64,000 nt of DNA, from positions 16,494,001 to 16,558,000 of the forward strand of contig CM052832.1 in NCBI GenBank assembly GCA_028534125.1. The letters run 5' to 3'. Within the stretch, counting starts at the first letter, position 1; every line of letters starts with the position of its first letter. A program made the translations under genes and the position numbers. This DNA is from Lama glama (taxonomy: Eukaryota). Positions 59,204-64,000 of the stretch are shown in pieces. Under the pieces are notes generated by a model. The model was not told where the DNA came from. It ran no database searches and worked only from the letters and a program-made list of their open reading frames with translations.

Positions 59204-60684
59204 GGCGGGTGAGGCAGGGAACTGGTCTCCGGGCTGTAGCCTCGCTTCAGTGCCTGGCCCTGCCCCTGCCCTGCTCTGCTGCACCTACCCACCTCCTAAC
59301 CTGGCCCCAGAGTCCAGGAACTCATGTTCCCTGATGTGAAAATGTTCCTGCCAGGGTAGGCAGTACCTTAGAATTCTGGTGCCTAGCCTACTGCATGTCT
59401 AATGTCTTTTTTCTTAGAATGTGTTCTCATTCCTCTCAATTCTGCAAGGTAGGAATTACACTACTGGTTTGCAAATGAAATGCTCAGTTTCATTCAGCAC
59501 TCACTGATTCAGCAAATACCAGTTAGAGCCCGCTCTGGACCAGATGTGCTCAAGACTCTACAGCTGGTTGGTGGAAAATCCTGGAGGATTCATGACCAGG
59601 TCTCTGACTTGAAAGCTCATACTTGTCCTGGCTCAAGTATTGATTGATTCTCCCTTTATTTCCCTTTCCTGTTCTTGCTGTCCCAGAGGGACCTTTTTTT
59701 CTTGCCCCTGTTGTACATTGCACGTTGTACGGGGTTACCTTCTCTGGTAAGTCTGGACACCGTACGCTGGGACACTGGTACAGGTTTCAAGCTTTGTTGA
59801 ACTAGTTAGCCCTCCCATCAAAGATGCACTAGAACAAAAGCCCTGTTCACCCATTGTGTGTGAACCTTGTGTATACATATTGGACTTTCTGCAGTGTGTC
59901 CTGAAATGTCCTATTGTGGCTGAAGGGCACAGCCACAGCCCTGTGGGCAGAGGTGGCTCATAGGGAGTAGATGGTTCCAGCTTTGGTCACCTGGGAAAAG
60001 GCAGGTCCTCAGAAAAACATGCTTCAGAAAGCAAGATTGCTGGAGAGTGGACAGCTTCTGGCCAGCTCACTATCTGGGACATCACACTGAATTCAGAGGG
60101 AAGATTGCCTCTGTCATGGTGTGGGGATCTGGGAACCAGGGAGGGAGACCTTCCCGGAGGTCAGTGGTTTTTAACCTTGGGGGACTGAAACACCTTTAGA
60201 TGAGGTCAGAGACCTCAAGTTCCCCATTGGCTAGCAGGTTCCCACTTTTCAGTGAAAGAAGAACCAAGAATCCCTGTAAAATTTTGGAGGAGAGAAGCTC
60301 TCTCGTTTCTTAAGTGATAGGGTTATGCATGGTTCATTTTTGAATTGCAATGTATTCACAGCTTTAAGGCTTAATTATTGGGACATAAGAGGCTCAAACT
60401 ACTGTTGCTACAGATATGGGAAACTATCTAGTATAAGGTTAAACAACCCACAGTAACACTGAAGCAAAACTAACCTCGTTTATAAATTAAAGGCAAGATC
60501 AGCAGCTATTAAGAAAATAAATGAAACTTCTATAGGGCAATCAAAATGATGCACTAGTAACAAAATGTCCTTCCTGAAAACTGGACATTTCAACCATCTG
60601 AACTTCTATTTTAGGTTATGAGTTACAAAATGGACTAACACCCAATAATTTACAGTAGGTCATTCTAAGCCATAAGAATCTGTG

Positions 60685-61106
60685 TGTCGGAGCCAGCCGA
60701 CAATCGATCAGGTCCAGAAACCTGTGCTGCAGGACTGAGAAAAGAAAGACAAGACTAAAAGGAAGACAAGACTAAAAGGTGGGGCGGAGAGGGTCTCACT
60801 CTAGCCCGCAAGACGCTAGGTCAAGAGTGGACCTCGAGTTTATTTCCAGCAGTTAATTTATATGCTTTTAACCCATAGGCAATGGTATCGTTTTTATGAT
60901 CTATTAGCAATGTGTACTAAAATCATTAACTTGTGTATTGTTACATACATCATTATTGTTTATAGTTCTCATCAATCAAGACTAACCGTTCCCCAAGAGC
61001 TAACATCATTAATTACGGTTATTGTTCCTCTAGGCTAACATCGTGACTTGTGTATTGGTAACTCAGGTGATTGTTACTAAGATCACTAACTTGTGTGACC
61101 TGTATC
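60685..61106 (-). mobile_element. Endogenous retrovirus LTR fragment running into the gap
   Basis: Minus strand ends ...GGCTCCGACA (U5-like terminus), with AATAAA at 60839-60844, a TATA-like element just upstream and a short direct repeat AAGACAAGACTAAAAGG x2. Confidence 0.6.
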
Positions 61107-61606
61107 NNNNNNNNNNNNNNNNNNNNNNNNNNNNNNNNNNNNNNNNNNNNNNNNNNNNNNNNNNNNNNNNNNNNNNNNNNNNNNNNNNNNNNNNNNNNNN
61201 NNNNNNNNNNNNNNNNNNNNNNNNNNNNNNNNNNNNNNNNNNNNNNNNNNNNNNNNNNNNNNNNNNNNNNNNNNNNNNNNNNNNNNNNNNNNNNNNNNNN
61301 NNNNNNNNNNNNNNNNNNNNNNNNNNNNNNNNNNNNNNNNNNNNNNNNNNNNNNNNNNNNNNNNNNNNNNNNNNNNNNNNNNNNNNNNNNNNNNNNNNNN
61401 NNNNNNNNNNNNNNNNNNNNNNNNNNNNNNNNNNNNNNNNNNNNNNNNNNNNNNNNNNNNNNNNNNNNNNNNNNNNNNNNNNNNNNNNNNNNNNNNNNNN
61501 NNNNNNNNNNNNNNNNNNNNNNNNNNNNNNNNNNNNNNNNNNNNNNNNNNNNNNNNNNNNNNNNNNNNNNNNNNNNNNNNNNNNNNNNNNNNNNNNNNNN
61601 NNNNNN
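61107..61606. other. Assembly gap (500 N)
   Basis: Run of N. Confidence 1.
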
Positions 61607-62006
61607 TATCAAGTGAAGTAAGTCAGAAATAGAAAGATAAATATCATATGACATTACTTATATGTGGAATCTAAAAAATGACACAAATGTATTTATTTAC
61701 AAAACAGAAACAGACTCACAGACATAGAAAACAAACTTATGGTTACCAAGGGGGAAGGGGTGGGGTTTGGGATAAATTAGAAGTTTGGGATTAGCGAACT
61801 ACTATATGTAAAATACATATACACACACACAAAAATAGATAAACAAGGTCCTATTGTCTAGCACAGGGAACTATATTCAATATCTTATAATAACCTATAA
61901 TGAAAAAGAATATATATATATATATATATATATAACTGAATCTCTTTGCTGTACACCAGAAATTAAAACAACATAGTAAATCAACTATCCTTCAAAGAAA
62001 ACAAAA
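61607..62006 (+). mobile_element. L1 3' end
   Basis: AAGTGAAGTAAGTCAGA...ATATGTGGAATCTAAAAA...ACAGACTCACAGACATAGAAAACAAACTTATGGTTACCAAGGGGG, followed by (TA)n and a tail. Confidence 0.9.
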
Positions 62007-64000
62007 ACCAGCTGGAGAGTTTTTACTACCTGTATGCCCAGGCCATGGCCAAAACCAATTGAATCCCTTGGGTTGGACCCAGACCTCCAAATCTTTTAAA
62101 GCTCCCTTAGGTGATTCTAATGCACTGGCAAGTCTTAGAACCACTGGTCCAGCCCATAATTTGAACCTAATGGTACCCAGCATGCCCTGCCTTGAACCCC
62201 ATATGACCATCATATACTCCCCTCATTAGACAATGAGCCACTCCAGGACCAGGAACTGTGTTCATTTCATCTTTGTCTTCCTACAAATGCTTCTTCAAGT
62301 TGAACTCTGCCTACCATTACTAAGCATTCCGCTAAGACCCCTATCCTACACTTTTTCTGTGGATGGAAATGTCATGCATTAGGAAGTTCTAACCATTTCT
62401 TAGATTTTACATCCATTTTTACTAGTTAATTACTTTGAGCATCATAATTTATTTAGCCAGTCAGGGATTGGGTCCTGTACCCATTCTCAGCTAAAGATAA
62501 GAAGGATAGTGAGATATAGAGAGGCAGATGGAACCCAGGTCTCCTGACAGCGGGTCCCAAGCACCTTGCTCCACAATGTCAACCCTCACTGGAGGACTTC
62601 TAGCTGTGGCAGTGCCAGCAAACTGTGTCATTCAGTTCATCCCACCAAAAAAAAAAAAAGACTCAATACTTTAATATTAATAATATGCCAGATTTGTTGC
62701 ACAGCACCTAGAGATGATTGTAATCAGAGATAAAGCCAATGTTATTCATTCTGGGGTGGAAGAGGCCCTGATGGTACAGGGTTCAGGGTTGGGGCTGCTC
62801 CCCGCCCCACCCACCCTCCCCTCCCAGGTTGTCTTTCGTACAAAGTGTTTTCCCTGCCCCACATGCTCCTTCCAGCCCCCTCTGCTCTACCCCATAAAAG
62901 GCATTTTCTCCCTCCACTGTCATCTTTGTACCCCTGGACTCACAAACATAGTGGCGTCTTTATCTCCGCATATTTTTGGCTTCACCGCTGAGTCCAGAAA
63001 TGAAACTGAGCGGATGTTCACATCACCGAAGGCGGGACTTTGCAGGGAGGCCCTGGAGTGTTTTCAAGTCTGCGGGGCCAGAATTCACAGGGAGGACTGG
63101 AAATCACTCATTCCCCAAACCTTGAAGGAAATAAAAGTTGTTCACTGATATAAAAGAATAATAAAGGAACTTATGTGCAAGTTGGGAGGGGAGCGAGCTG
63201 CATTTAGGTTTCTGGTTCTCAAACTAACGGTTGTGAAAAAGAAGACCTGCCTGAATTCGGAGTCGGTAGAGCCGGAAGAAGGACCTGGAATCAGACTCAT
63301 TTTAAACAACATCCGGGTTTATTCTGAGACGTGTTTATGAGGAAATGCTTCTTCCAGCCACCGCCCCTCCCCACGCTGACCCCCCAACCCCCACCCCCAC
63401 CCCGGGCCCCACCCTTCGAGTCTAAGAACAAAAATGACTTCCCGTTTTCCCCCAGCCTCTCGTTCCCACCCCAGGAAGCAAGGGGTCCCCTCGGAAAGTC
63501 CCCTTTGAATCCGTCTCTGCCTGTCTGGTTGAAAATCAATGACTAAGAATCCAGGAAATAACCACCGAGGTTCTGCCTACTTCCGTGGGGAACGTAATTT
63601 AGACCTGGTGTGACTTCCATCTGAGACTGGAGTGACTTCACTGAAAGGATCCAGTAACAGCGGGTCCAGGCATAGCTTACAAATTGCCCTGGCGACGTCT
63701 ACTCGCCTGTGGGTACCTGACCTGTAGGTGGACGCAGTCACCTGCGTTAGCTGGTGGGGCTCCAGTGTGCAGGGGATAAGATGTAAGTGAGACTGGAAAA
63801 GGGGGGAAAGGGAGGGAGAAAGTGTTGAAGAAAGGAAGCGTGAAGAACAAGGATGAAAGCTACAGGGGAAATATATTTTTAAAGATTTTTTTATTATTTC
63901 TAACTTTTGTATTTATTCTTTATCTAATTCTGTCATTTATTAAAATGTATCATAACTGCTCTCCCTCTGAATACACAGACAGCTATTACTCTTGAGTAAT

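Noticed and set aside
61019..61654. Long ORFs of 181-211 aa
   Set aside because: Artefacts of translating the N gap.

Overview
Mammalian MHC class III TNF/lymphotoxin cluster. Gene order: NCR3 (pseudogene, +), LST1 (-), LTB (+), TNF (-), LTA (-), NFKBIL1 (-), ATP6V1G2 (+), DDX39B (+, hosting SNORD84 and SNORD117), MCCD1 (-, frameshifted), then an LTR fragment and a 500-N assembly gap. The TNF protein and the tRNA-derived SINE family point to a camelid; llama/alpaca is my recollection and is unverified. I built the exon structures by hand from GT-AG boundaries and phases. The most unusual observations are: (1) an inverted, degenerate copy of the TNF exon-1 end plus intron 1 about 16 kb from TNF, upstream of NCR3; (2) NCR3/NKp30 disabled by a nonsense codon and a dead splice donor, with relics of all three alternative tail exons; (3) a frameshift in MCCD1 that removes its coiled coil; (4) SNORD84 with mutated C and D' boxes while SNORD117 is intact; (5) a 5-residue deletion at the mature N-terminus of LTA. 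I found no evidence for a wholly new multi-gene system. Comparisons with human or other orthologues are from memory and need alignment.
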